DNA of 64,000 nucleotides from Acidimicrobiales bacterium (GTDB lineage: Bacteria; Actinomycetota; Acidimicrobiia; Acidimicrobiales; Aldehydirespiratoraceae), in assembly GCA_047516945.1 (NCBI GenBank), contig JAKZTU010000162.1, positions 455-64,454 of the forward strand, in the 5' to 3' direction. The position numbers and the translations under genes were made by a program. How positions within the stretch are numbered: the stretch's first letter is position 1; every line of letters starts with the position of its first letter. The notes under the pieces are model-generated. The model was not told the DNA's origin. It was given only the letters and a program-made list of their open reading frames with translations, and did not search any database. This document shows positions 45,936-54,737 of this stretch, piece by piece.

Positions 45936-46865
45936 TTGAGTAATGACCGCACGCTCAGCGAGGAGATTCCCTCCGCGCTGGCTGATGAACGGCTTGATCG
46001 CGTCGTTGCACTGATAGCCGAGGTGAGCCGGTCCGTCGCCGCACGCATGATTGATGAGGGGGCTGTGGCCGTCGATGGAGTTGTTGCGACTTCAGGCTCG
46101 ACTCGCGTCGAGTTTGGCAGCAGAATCGAAGCGGCAGTCCTTGCTCCGACGGACCCTCGCCCTGCTGCGGACCCCACGGTGGAGTTTCTTGTTGTGTATG
46201 AAGACGCGCACGTGGTCGTCGTCGACAAACCTGCGGACTTGGTGGTCCACCCGGGTGCGGGACATCAAGACCGGACGCTGGTCAACGGTCTACTTTCTCG
46301 TTATCCAGAATTGGCTTCAGTAGGTCAATCCCACAGGCCAGGGATCGTCCATCGACTTGATCGAACGACTTCGGGGTTGCTTGTCGTCGCCCGAACTTCT
46401 GAGGCCTACGGTCAACTCGTCGTCCAGATGTCATCTCACGTACCCGAACGAATCTATCAAGCACTTGTTTGGGGTCACCTTGACGCTGACCGAGGCACGA
46501 TCGACGCTCCTATTGGGCGTTCGCCACGACACCCGACGCGGATGGCGGTAATTGATCGAGGGCGTCCCGCTCGGACCCACTATGAGGTCATTGAGCGATT
46601 CTTGAGACCTCGTGAGACATCGCTGCTCCAATGTCGGCTTGAGACGGGACGCACCCACCAGATTCGGGTACATCTGAGAGCTATCGGTCATCCGGTTGTA
46701 GGGGATCGAGCCTACGACGGTCATAGACCCGGTATTGAGTTGGAGCGACCCTTTCTGCATGCCTGCACACTTCGTTTCCGTCACCCGGTCACCAACGAAC
46801 GCGTCGAATTAGAATCGCCTCTGGCCACCGATCTGGTAGGCACCTTGGAGCTTTGCTCTCCCTAG
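45936..46865 (+). CDS. rluD: RluA-family 23S rRNA pseudouridine synthase (RluD-like)
   Basis: S4-like N-terminus (ERLDRVVA...) and catalytic motif IVHRLDRTTSGLLVVA. TTG start. Confidence 0.85.
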   Translation: MSNDRTLSEEIPSALADERLDRVVALIAEVSRSVAARMIDEGAVAVDGVVATSGSTRVEFGSRIEAAVLAPTDPRPAADPTVEFLVVYEDAHVVVVDKPADLVVHPGAGHQDRTLVNGLLSRYPELASVGQSHRPGIVHRLDRTTSGLLVVARTSEAYGQLVVQMSSHVPERIYQALVWGHLDADRGTIDAPIGRSPRHPTRMAVIDRGRPARTHYEVIERFLRPRETSLLQCRLETGRTHQIRVHLRAIGHPVVGDRAYDGHRPGIELERPFLHACTLRFRHPVTNERVELESPLATDLVGTLELCSP

Positions 46866-47308
46866 AACTCCTCAGGAGCGGGCCAAGGGGTTTGACCCCG
46901 CGACATCGCGGCAATGTCGGCCAAAGTGAACGAATCTAAGAAGTCACGCATGTGCGTACCGGCGGCACCCCAAATGCTGAGCAGAACGCACTGTCCCTCG
47001 TGGTCGCACGCTCCGTCGGTGTGAGGTTCCGAAAAGTCGCCTGCGGTGATCGGTCCGTCGACGGCTCGTACAATCTCCGATAGACGAATCTCACTTGGAT
47101 CCCGGGTCAACACGTAACCGCCTCCGACTCCTCTCTTCGAGCGCACAATTCCAGCTCCCTTGACCGCAAGCAGTATCTGTTCAAGGTAAGGCTGGGGGAG
47201 AGCGGTTCGTTCGGCGATCTCGCGTACCGAAGTAGGGGCATCCTCGGTATGCAGCGCCAATGAGAGCAGCGCGCGAGCGGCGTAGTCACCTCGGGTCGAG
47301 ACTCTCAT
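46862..47308 (-). CDS. Rrf2-family transcriptional regulator
   Basis: MRVSTRGDYAARALLSLAL..., a wHTH, and a C/H cluster segment HTDGACDHEGQC. Confidence 0.85.
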   Translation of the reverse strand: MRVSTRGDYAARALLSLALHTEDAPTSVREIAERTALPQPYLEQILLAVKGAGIVRSKRGVGGGYVLTRDPSEIRLSEIVRAVDGPITAGDFSEPHTDGACDHEGQCVLLSIWGAAGTHMRDFLDSFTLADIAAMSRGQTPWPAPEEF

Positions 47309-47354
47309 GCCAAGAGCCTACGTGAACCTCACCGCCGTGGTAAGACTTGACCGG

Positions 47355-48458
47355 ATGGACGACCCCAAACCGACGCTGCCTGCCTTTGGCGGAGGGTGCA
47401 TAGCAGACCTTGTGCCTGCGCTTCTTGAGCGAACGGACTCAACTCCCTCGTTACTCGATGGAGAGGTCCTCGACAGTGCCGCCGTGGTGATGTTGGTACT
47501 TGATGGACTCGGTTGGAATCAGTTGCAACAGCGAGCCCACTTGGCACCGACTCTGATGTCGATGGACCAACGACCTGCCACGACGGTGGCACCGTCAACT
47601 ACCGCCACCGCACTCACCTCACTAGTGACAGGAACCCCACCGGGCCGCCATGGGGTGGTCGGGTATCGGATCAACGTAAACGGAGAGGTGCTCAACACCT
47701 TGCGCTGGAGCACGCCAAACGGCGACGCTCGAAAACGGATTCTCCCAAGCGAGTTCCAACCTGAGCCGGCTTTTTGCGGTCAACGGCCAGTTGTGGTGCA
47801 AAATGCCGAGTTCCTTCGCAGTGGGTTCACGATGGCACACCTCGCCGACGTGCGTCACCGCGGCTGGCAGACAATGCCGGCGATTGTGGTAGAGGTGCGC
47901 CAGGCAATCGCTTCGGGAGAGCCTTTTGTCTACGCCTACTACGACGGCATCGACAAGACCGCTCACCTTCGTGGATTTGGTGAGTTCTACGACGCCGAGT
48001 TGGCTGCTTGCGACAAAATGGTGGCCGATTTGATGATGGCACTACCGCGCGGTACCTCCATTGTCGTCACGGCGGACCACGGATTGGTTGACTGTCTCGG
48101 GAACGCGACCCCACTTGCCCCGGAGGTCAAAGCGCATGTCCGAAGTCAAAGCGGCGAAGCTCGTTTTCGTTGGCTTCATGCCGAACCCGGTCGGCAACGA
48201 GAACTTTTGGCCGCTGCGGTGTCAGCCCATTCTGATCGTGGGTGGGTCTATCCGGTCGACGAGATGATCGACGGGGGTTGGTTCGGTCCCGAAGTGACAG
48301 ATGCTGCCCGCTCTCGGCTCGGGGATGTTGCTGTAGTAGCCAAAGATCGTTGGTATTTCACCGATCCCGCCGACAGCCCGAAGATCGAACTTATTGGTCG
48401 TCATGGTTCGCTGACCCCCGACGAGATGCTAATTCCGGTTCTAACCTTTACGAGCTGA
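47355..48458 (+). CDS. alkaline-phosphatase superfamily protein (nucleotide pyrophosphatase/phosphodiesterase-like)
   Basis: Motifs VMLVLDGLGWNQL, APSTTATALTSLVTGTPPGRHGVVGY (Thr nucleophile block) and VVTADHGL. The start could instead be ATG 47307. Confidence 0.75.
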   Translation: MDDPKPTLPAFGGGCIADLVPALLERTDSTPSLLDGEVLDSAAVVMLVLDGLGWNQLQQRAHLAPTLMSMDQRPATTVAPSTTATALTSLVTGTPPGRHGVVGYRINVNGEVLNTLRWSTPNGDARKRILPSEFQPEPAFCGQRPVVVQNAEFLRSGFTMAHLADVRHRGWQTMPAIVVEVRQAIASGEPFVYAYYDGIDKTAHLRGFGEFYDAELAACDKMVADLMMALPRGTSIVVTADHGLVDCLGNATPLAPEVKAHVRSQSGEARFRWLHAEPGRQRELLAAAVSAHSDRGWVYPVDEMIDGGWFGPEVTDAARSRLGDVAVVAKDRWYFTDPADSPKIELIGRHGSLTPDEMLIPVLTFTS

Positions 48459-48488
48459 CCGCTCGACTACCTGACCAAGGAGAACAGT

Positions 48489-49001
48489 TTGTCCGACAGA
48501 CCGAAAAATTCCGGTAATCCTGGCGAGACTCCAGAACTGCTTGAGCGGCCTGAAGTCCTTGAGGCCGCAGAATCCGAGGAGACAATAGACGAAACGATTG
48601 ATCACCCAGCCAAGGTGATGCGCATCGGGACCATGATGAAGCAATTGCTTGAAGAAGTGCGATCAACCGACCTTGACGAACCCAGTCGTGGCCGTCTACG
48701 AGACATATACGAAACATCTATCGCTGAGCTTGGGGTGGCACTGTCTGCCGATCTTCGTGAGGAACTGGGCCGACTTGCGCTGCCTTTCGGCAGTGATGAC
48801 ACGCCTTCGGGCGCTGAATTGCAGATCGCCAAGGCGCAACTTGTCGGTTGGCTCGAAGGCCTTGTCCAAGGGATGCAGGCGATGTTGTTTGCCCAGCAAA
48901 TGGCGGCGCAGCAGCAACTCCAATCCATGCGTGGACAGATTGGCCCCTCGCAAAGCAGTCCTTCCTCCGTCAGCGACGAACGGCCCGGAGCTTATCTGTG
49001 A
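48489..49001 (+). CDS. bpa: bacterial proteasome activator Bpa (PafE)
   Basis: HPAKVMRIGTMMKQLLEEVR...LREELGRLALPF...AKAQLVGWLEGL...LFAQQMAA, with a C-terminal GAYL (compare GQYL in mycobacterial Bpa). TTG start 6 nt after AAGGAG. Confidence 0.85.
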   Translation: MSDRPKNSGNPGETPELLERPEVLEAAESEETIDETIDHPAKVMRIGTMMKQLLEEVRSTDLDEPSRGRLRDIYETSIAELGVALSADLREELGRLALPFGSDDTPSGAELQIAKAQLVGWLEGLVQGMQAMLFAQQMAAQQQLQSMRGQIGPSQSSPSSVSDERPGAYL

Positions 49002-49007
49002 TCCAGG

Positions 49008-49067
49008 GTGCCAATGTCTGGTCAAAGGCGCCAATGTCTGGTCAAGTGTGCCAATGTCTGGTCAAAT
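49008..49067. repeat. 3 x 20-bp direct tandem repeat with invariant 16-nt core GCCAATGTCTGGTCAA
   Basis: gtGCCAATGTCTGGTCAAag / gcGCCAATGTCTGGTCAAgt / gtGCCAATGTCTGGTCAAat. Starts 7 nt after the bpa stop and ends 90 nt upstream of the dnaE start. Confidence 0.95.
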
Positions 49068-49156
49068 GTGGACGTATCGGATGGTGGAGGGTAGGTTCGA
49101 AATAACAAATATGTGATTCTAGTTTTGTGATCCTTGAGCCCTGAAAAGGAGTCCGG

Positions 49157-52100
49157 TTGGGCGATTCGTTCACCCATCTACATGTCCACACCGAGTATTC
49201 GATGCTCGACGGCGCTTCGCGTGTTGACGACGCCATCAACGCGACGGTTGCAGACGGCCAGCCCGCCTTGGCGATCACTGATCACGGCAATATGTACGGA
49301 GTCCTCGAGTTCTACAAGGGCTGTCGCGAGGCCGGGATCAAACCGATCATCGGCAGCGAGATCTACCTCGCCCACGAATCACGCGCTGAACGCCCGAATC
49401 GCACCGGTCGCGCCGATGATTCGGGTGGCAACACCGGGTCTGGCCAAAAGCTCTACTACCACGCGATCCTGCTGGCGGAAAACGACATCGGGTACAAGAA
49501 CCTCATCCAAATTTCCAGTCAGGCGTTTCTCACGGGCTACCACTACAAACCGCGCGCCGACTTCGAACTGCTCGAGAAATACCACGAAGGACTGATCGCC
49601 ACTTGCGGCTGTCTTGGTGGCCATGTGCTCCAGTCGTTGTTGCAAGGCCAGGAAAGATTGGCGCTTGAGCAGGCAGCACGCTTTCAGGACATCTTCGGAA
49701 GGGACAACTATTTCATCGAGATTCAGGACCACGGGATGCCTGAGCAGCGAAGTACCAACCCGCAGCTATTGGAAATCGCCCGCAAGATCAAGGCTCCGGT
49801 CGTGGCCACGAACGACAGCCACTACACCCACTCCCGTGATGCGGAGGCCCATGACGCATTGTTGTGCGTTCAGACCGGGTCTCTGCTATCCGATACCGAC
49901 CGCTTCAAGTTTCACGGTGATCAGCACTATCTGAAGACGTCGGCTGAGATGCGTCGGCTATTTGCCGAGATTCCGTCGGCATGCGACAACACGCTGTGGG
50001 TCGCCGAGCGAGCTGATGTGAACATTGAGTTCGGACAGCCGAAGTTGCCGAAATTTCCGCTGCCCGAGGGCTTCGCTTCAGACACTGACTACCTGCGCGA
50101 CCTCACCTACGATGGAGCAAAACGCCGTTGGGGATCCCAGCTGCGAGCCGACATCATCGAGCGGCTGGATTTTGAACTAGGTGTGATCGACCGCATGGGT
50201 TTCTCTGCCTACTTCTTGATCACCTGGGATCTGATCAGGTTCGCACGCGAGAATAACATTCGCGTGGGTCCCGGAAGGGGGTCGGCAGCAGGCTGTGCAG
50301 TTGCATACGCCCTGAGGATCACCGATCTGGACCCTATCAAATACGACCTACTGTTCGAGCGATTCCTGAACCCTTCGCGGCTGTCCATGCCCGATATCGA
50401 CATGGACTTCGAGACACGCCACCGCGACGCCGTGATCCGCTACGCGGCCGATACTTACGGACGCGACAACGTCGCTCAGATTGTTACTTTCTCACAGATC
50501 AAGGCACGCGCCGCGGTGAGAGACGCGGCCCGAGTGTTGGGGTACCCGTACGGTTTGGGCGACAAGGTCGCAAAGGCCATGCCACCGCTGGTGATGGGTC
50601 GCGACACACCACTCAAATACTGCTTTGAGGAGCACCCCAAATACGCGGACGGTTACCGCGCGGCCGCCGAATTGCGAGACATGGTGGACGATGATCCCGA
50701 TATCGCTCGGGTTGTGGACGTGGCCAAAGGGCTGGAGGGACTGCGCAGACAAGACGGTATTCACGCTGCCGCGGTTGTAATCACAGACAAGCCTCTCACC
50801 GATTATCTGCCGATCCAGCGCAAACCGGAGGCAAGGAAATCACTCGAGGAAACGCCGATCGTCACCCAGTACGAAATGCACGGAGTGGAGAGCCTGGGTC
50901 TATTGAAGATGGACTTCCTCGGACTCCGAAACCTGGATGTGATCGCCGATTGTCTGACTCTCATTAGTCAAACTCAAGGAAAGTCCATCGACATCGACTC
51001 GGTGGACCTCCAAGACGAAGCCACCTTCGAGTTGTTGCGGCGCGGCGACACCATCGGGGTCTTCCAGCTTGAGTCAACTCCCATGCGGGCGCTGATCCGT
51101 TCCCTGGCCCCCACCTCGTTTGATGACGTTGCGGCATTGGTGGCGTTGTACCGGCCGGGGCCGATGGCCGCCAACATGCACAACGACTACGCCGACCGAA
51201 AGAACGGTCGCCAACCGGTGGAGTTCATTCACCCCGACGCTGAGGAACTGCTCAGCGAAACCTACGGATTGATGATCTATCAGGAAAGCGTCTTGCGTGT
51301 GGCACAGAAGTTCGCGGGCTACACCCTGGCTGAAGCCGATTCGCTGCGTAAGGCGATGGGTAAAAAGATCCGCGAAGCGATGGACCAAGAACGAGAGAAG
51401 TTCGTCACTGGCGTGGTCAACAACGGTTACGACGCTTCTTTGGCCAACGAGATGTTCGACATCATCGCGAAGTTCGCTGACTACGCCTTCGTCAAGAGCC
51501 ATTCATACGGCTATGGCTACGTGGCGTATCAGATCGCCTATCTGAAGGCCAACTACCCGGTCGAGTACCTTTCAGCCCTGCTCACCAGCGTCAAGACGAG
51601 GCTTGAATCGGCTGCGGTGTATCTGAACGAATGTCGGCTCATGGGCATCGACATTGGAGTGCCCGACATCAATCGCTCGGAATCGGATTTCACGCCGGAA
51701 CCCGATCTGAATCCAAGTCCCAACTCACCGGGGCGTATTGTTTTCGGACTCTCGGCTATCCGCAACGTCGGGGAGGGATTCGTAGCAAAAGTACTCGAGG
51801 AACGAAACGCCAACGGGCCGTTCGAGTCGTTTGTGGACTTTGTTGAAAGGATCAGTCTCGAAGCTCTCAACAAGCGCACTATCGAGTCTTTGATCAAGGG
51901 CGGAGCCTTCGATTCGCTTGGGCATCCTCGTAAGGGACTCCTTCAGGTTCACGAGCAAATCACCGAGATGACGGTGGAGCGTCGCCGTGAACATGACATG
52001 GGTGTGATGTCGCTCTTTGGCGATCTCAACGAAGGTCCGACCTTTGATGAGCGCCCAGAGATTCCGGATACGGAATTCGACAAGAAATCGAAGTTGGCCT

Positions 52101-52723
52101 ATGAGAGGGAGATGTTGGGTCTTTACGTGTCGGATCATCCACTGTTTGGATATGAGGATCAGATCCGCCGCAAAGCCACCGGAACGGTCTCGTCGTTGGT
52201 TGACGAGCCGGACCGATCGCTCGTCACTATCGGCGGGTCGGTCACCAACCTGCAGAGACGGTGGACCAACAAGGGCGAACTAATGGCCTTGTTCGACCTT
52301 GAGGATCTCGAAGGTTCAGTTGAGGTCGTGGTTTTCCCGAACGCTATGAAAGACTTTGGACAGAAGTTGAACGACGATGCCATTGTTCTGGTGCGGGGAC
52401 GCAAGGAAAGCGGCCGTTCTTCGAGAGGCAGAGGTGGCGGTAGTGACGACGCCGCGAAGCTGCTCGCAATGGAGATCGACATCGTTGAGGAGCCGAGCAA
52501 GAACCCGCCGGTGCGGCTCCGGCTTGATGTCGCTCATCATGAGAAGTCGAAGATTGCTGAGCTCAAATCGGTTCTGGAAGCTCATCCTGGCGAGTGTCCC
52601 GTTGAGCTCCACCTCAGTGATCGGCGGGTCTTTCGATTGCCCGATAACTACGCGGTGGACCGTGGAAACGGGGTAGTTGCGGAGCTTCGAGAGCTTTTGG
52701 GGTCGAATTCGATCCTTGTATGA
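49157..52723 (+). CDS. dnaE: DNA polymerase III alpha subunit
   Basis: 1188 aa. PHP domain start SFTHLHVHTEYSMLDGA. Motifs MPDIDMDF and LGLLKMDFLGLRNL. TTG start preceded by AAAGGAG. Confidence 0.97.
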   Translation: MGDSFTHLHVHTEYSMLDGASRVDDAINATVADGQPALAITDHGNMYGVLEFYKGCREAGIKPIIGSEIYLAHESRAERPNRTGRADDSGGNTGSGQKLYYHAILLAENDIGYKNLIQISSQAFLTGYHYKPRADFELLEKYHEGLIATCGCLGGHVLQSLLQGQERLALEQAARFQDIFGRDNYFIEIQDHGMPEQRSTNPQLLEIARKIKAPVVATNDSHYTHSRDAEAHDALLCVQTGSLLSDTDRFKFHGDQHYLKTSAEMRRLFAEIPSACDNTLWVAERADVNIEFGQPKLPKFPLPEGFASDTDYLRDLTYDGAKRRWGSQLRADIIERLDFELGVIDRMGFSAYFLITWDLIRFARENNIRVGPGRGSAAGCAVAYALRITDLDPIKYDLLFERFLNPSRLSMPDIDMDFETRHRDAVIRYAADTYGRDNVAQIVTFSQIKARAAVRDAARVLGYPYGLGDKVAKAMPPLVMGRDTPLKYCFEEHPKYADGYRAAAELRDMVDDDPDIARVVDVAKGLEGLRRQDGIHAAAVVITDKPLTDYLPIQRKPEARKSLEETPIVTQYEMHGVESLGLLKMDFLGLRNLDVIADCLTLISQTQGKSIDIDSVDLQDEATFELLRRGDTIGVFQLESTPMRALIRSLAPTSFDDVAALVALYRPGPMAANMHNDYADRKNGRQPVEFIHPDAEELLSETYGLMIYQESVLRVAQKFAGYTLAEADSLRKAMGKKIREAMDQEREKFVTGVVNNGYDASLANEMFDIIAKFADYAFVKSHSYGYGYVAYQIAYLKANYPVEYLSALLTSVKTRLESAAVYLNECRLMGIDIGVPDINRSESDFTPEPDLNPSPNSPGRIVFGLSAIRNVGEGFVAKVLEERNANGPFESFVDFVERISLEALNKRTIESLIKGGAFDSLGHPRKGLLQVHEQITEMTVERRREHDMGVMSLFGDLNEGPTFDERPEIPDTEFDKKSKLAYEREMLGLYVSDHPLFGYEDQIRRKATGTVSSLVDEPDRSLVTIGGSVTNLQRRWTNKGELMALFDLEDLEGSVEVVVFPNAMKDFGQKLNDDAIVLVRGRKESGRSSRGRGGGSDDAAKLLAMEIDIVEEPSKNPPVRLRLDVAHHEKSKIAELKSVLEAHPGECPVELHLSDRRVFRLPDNYAVDRGNGVVAELRELLGSNSILV

Positions 52724-52735
52724 GGTTCCGAAGTT

Positions 52736-53509
52736 GTGAAATGGCTGCGAAGGCCTAAGACTGTAATAGCCCGTTTGTTCGGGCGACCTGACGAGAAGTC
52801 AATACAAGGATCCAGTACACGACTAGTGGGGGCTGCGGCCATGGCCATCGAAGTGGAGACCAAGGACTGCACCGCCGTGAGCGATGCCGAACTCACCGAG
52901 ATGGCTGATCTCTGCGCGGCGTCTCCAAACGCCTTCGAAGTGGGGCTGTTGTCCAAGCAATGCGAGAAGTGGGTACTGGTCACGGTCGCCAGTGAGGGCG
53001 GCAAGATCAGAGGATTTTCGTATTGCACACTTGAGCGAATCGGAGGCACACCAAGCCTGCTCATCGGCGCAGCCCACATTTGTCGCAACAACAAACGTGA
53101 CACCGTTCTTCGGGCCATCATGACCGATCAGCTCCGACGTTCGGTTTTAGCATTCCCAGACGAAGACGTGCTCGTCGGCACGCAAATCAATGACGCTGGA
53201 GCTTTTGATGCCTACAAGTCTCTCGACGATATTGTTCCTCGCCCAGACCACAAGGCTTCCGGTGAAGAGCGTGCCTGGGGACGTCGGCTAGCCAAGCGCT
53301 TCGGCATTGCGCCGAATCGCTATGAAGATCGTGCTTTCACCGTCCGCGGTCAAGGCAAGCAACCGGTTGTACTCGATCACGCCAGTGCAAAACCCGAAAA
53401 GGTACTCGGAGAGGTCACTGCGCAGTTTGACGATCTCGATACCGCAGCGGGCGACACGCTGATCGTCTTCGGCTGGGCCATGGCCGAGGACCTCGAGAAG
53501 CTGCTCTGA
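52736..53509 (+). CDS. hypothetical protein
   Basis: 257-aa ORF 13 nt downstream of dnaE. No diagnostic motif recognised. The start could be ATG 52841. Confidence 0.5.
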   Translation: MKWLRRPKTVIARLFGRPDEKSIQGSSTRLVGAAAMAIEVETKDCTAVSDAELTEMADLCAASPNAFEVGLLSKQCEKWVLVTVASEGGKIRGFSYCTLERIGGTPSLLIGAAHICRNNKRDTVLRAIMTDQLRRSVLAFPDEDVLVGTQINDAGAFDAYKSLDDIVPRPDHKASGEERAWGRRLAKRFGIAPNRYEDRAFTVRGQGKQPVVLDHASAKPEKVLGEVTAQFDDLDTAAGDTLIVFGWAMAEDLEKLL

Positions 53510-53547
53510 ACGACTCCGGGTTTGCCGCTATCGTCCGTCTCCGACGG

Positions 53548-54114
53548 ATGACTCGGGCATTTTCAACCGATCCGGTGGCTGTTGAGATCGTTGAAGAGTT
53601 GATTGACCTTGCGCGGCGGGCTCCCTCAGCTGGGAATGCTTCCGCGCTGGAGTGGCTGGTTCTCGATACTGCACCAGACGTGTCTGCATATTGGGACACC
53701 ACCCTGCCCAGCGACCGCCGCGCCGCTTTTGCGTGGCCTTCTCTGTTGAGTGCCCCAGTGATTGTTATTCCGTGGGTTGACCCGCAGGTCTATCTTGATC
53801 GATACAACGAACCCGACAAGGCGCATACGTCTCTGGGCGAATCGCTGGACGCGTGGCCCGTTCCGTATTGGTTTGTCGATGGTGGAGCAGCGGTACAGAC
53901 GCTCCTGTTGGCTGCACAGGATGCAGGACTGGGAGCGCTGTTTTTTGGGCTCTTCGACCATGAGTCTGTGGTGCGAGAACGGTTTGGGGTGCCCCCGTCG
54001 TTTCGAGCAATAGGAGCGGTTGCTCTTGGTCACCGTTGCGCCGACAGACTTTCGCGAAGCCAGCGGCGCCGCCGTCGCCCACTTGGAGAGGTCATCCACC
54101 GCGGCAAATGGTGA
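53548..54114 (+). CDS. nitroreductase-family protein
   Basis: MTRAFSTDPVAVEIVEELIDLARRAPSAGNASALEWLVL, a typical nitroreductase N-terminus. Confidence 0.8.
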   Translation: MTRAFSTDPVAVEIVEELIDLARRAPSAGNASALEWLVLDTAPDVSAYWDTTLPSDRRAAFAWPSLLSAPVIVIPWVDPQVYLDRYNEPDKAHTSLGESLDAWPVPYWFVDGGAAVQTLLLAAQDAGLGALFFGLFDHESVVRERFGVPPSFRAIGAVALGHRCADRLSRSQRRRRRPLGEVIHRGKW

Positions 54115-54309
54115 ATCCCGATTGCGGTGGGCCAGCATCGGTGTGGAGTGAATCTAAGCCGCAGTTGGTGTCGTCGGAGACGCATAGCTAACCTCGGCGG
54201 CGTTCAGGAGCGTGAAACCCCACATCGGAGGCTTCCATGGAAGTAGATACATCACAGAGAATCAGCGGATCGAAATATCAGCGCGTGGACAGATTCAAGG
54301 GCAATCAGC

Positions 54310-54705
54310 GTGGCCTCTGAAGTCCCGCTGGTCAGCTATTTGCGGTTGGGTTCGGATCCCCACCTCATAGCCAATGAATGCACAAACTGCGCGGCTCGTT
54401 TCTTTGACCGGCGCAATGCGTGTGCTCAATGCGGCCTGCGAGAGTTCAAGAATGTCCGGGTCAACAACGGGGCAAAATTGAAAGCCTTTACGATCGTGCA
54501 CCGGGCTGCTCCGGGTATTCCTGCCCCGTATGTGTCGGCCATTGTCGAAACTGAAGACGGCACCTCTGTGAGGTCCAATGTGGTCAATTGTGATCCCAGC
54601 CCAGAAGTGGTGCAACTAGGTATGAAGCTAGAGCTCACCACCTATCCCATCGGCACCGACGACGACGGCATCGAAGCGATTGCCTTCGGTTACCAACCCG
54701 CCTGA
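54310..54705 (+). CDS. Zn-ribbon/OB-fold protein (DUF35 family)
   Basis: CTNCAARFFDRRNACAQCG zinc ribbon followed by an OB-like segment. Paired with a downstream thiolase, as is typical for DUF35. Confidence 0.8.
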   Translation: MASEVPLVSYLRLGSDPHLIANECTNCAARFFDRRNACAQCGLREFKNVRVNNGAKLKAFTIVHRAAPGIPAPYVSAIVETEDGTSVRSNVVNCDPSPEVVQLGMKLELTTYPIGTDDDGIEAIAFGYQPA

Positions 54706-54737
54706 ACTGCTAACTCGCACAGAAAGAACTACATCAG

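Noticed and set aside
46862-46865. rluD and the Rrf2 gene converge with overlapping stop codons sharing CTAG
   Set aside because: The overlap is real in the sequence but is a trivial consequence of compact convergent genes. No terminator or element is visible.
49008-49067. CRISPR array
   Set aside because: The repeats are contiguous with only a 4-nt variable spacer. There are no unique spacers, no cas genes, and only three units.
49010-49075. PafBC (RecA-independent DNA-damage promoter, TGTCRGTG-N8-TANNNT) site next to bpa
   Set aside because: The repeat core TGTCTGGT matches only 5 of 8 positions, and no TANNNT lies at the right distance. The DnaA-box resemblance (7/9) is kept only as a hypothesis in the finding.
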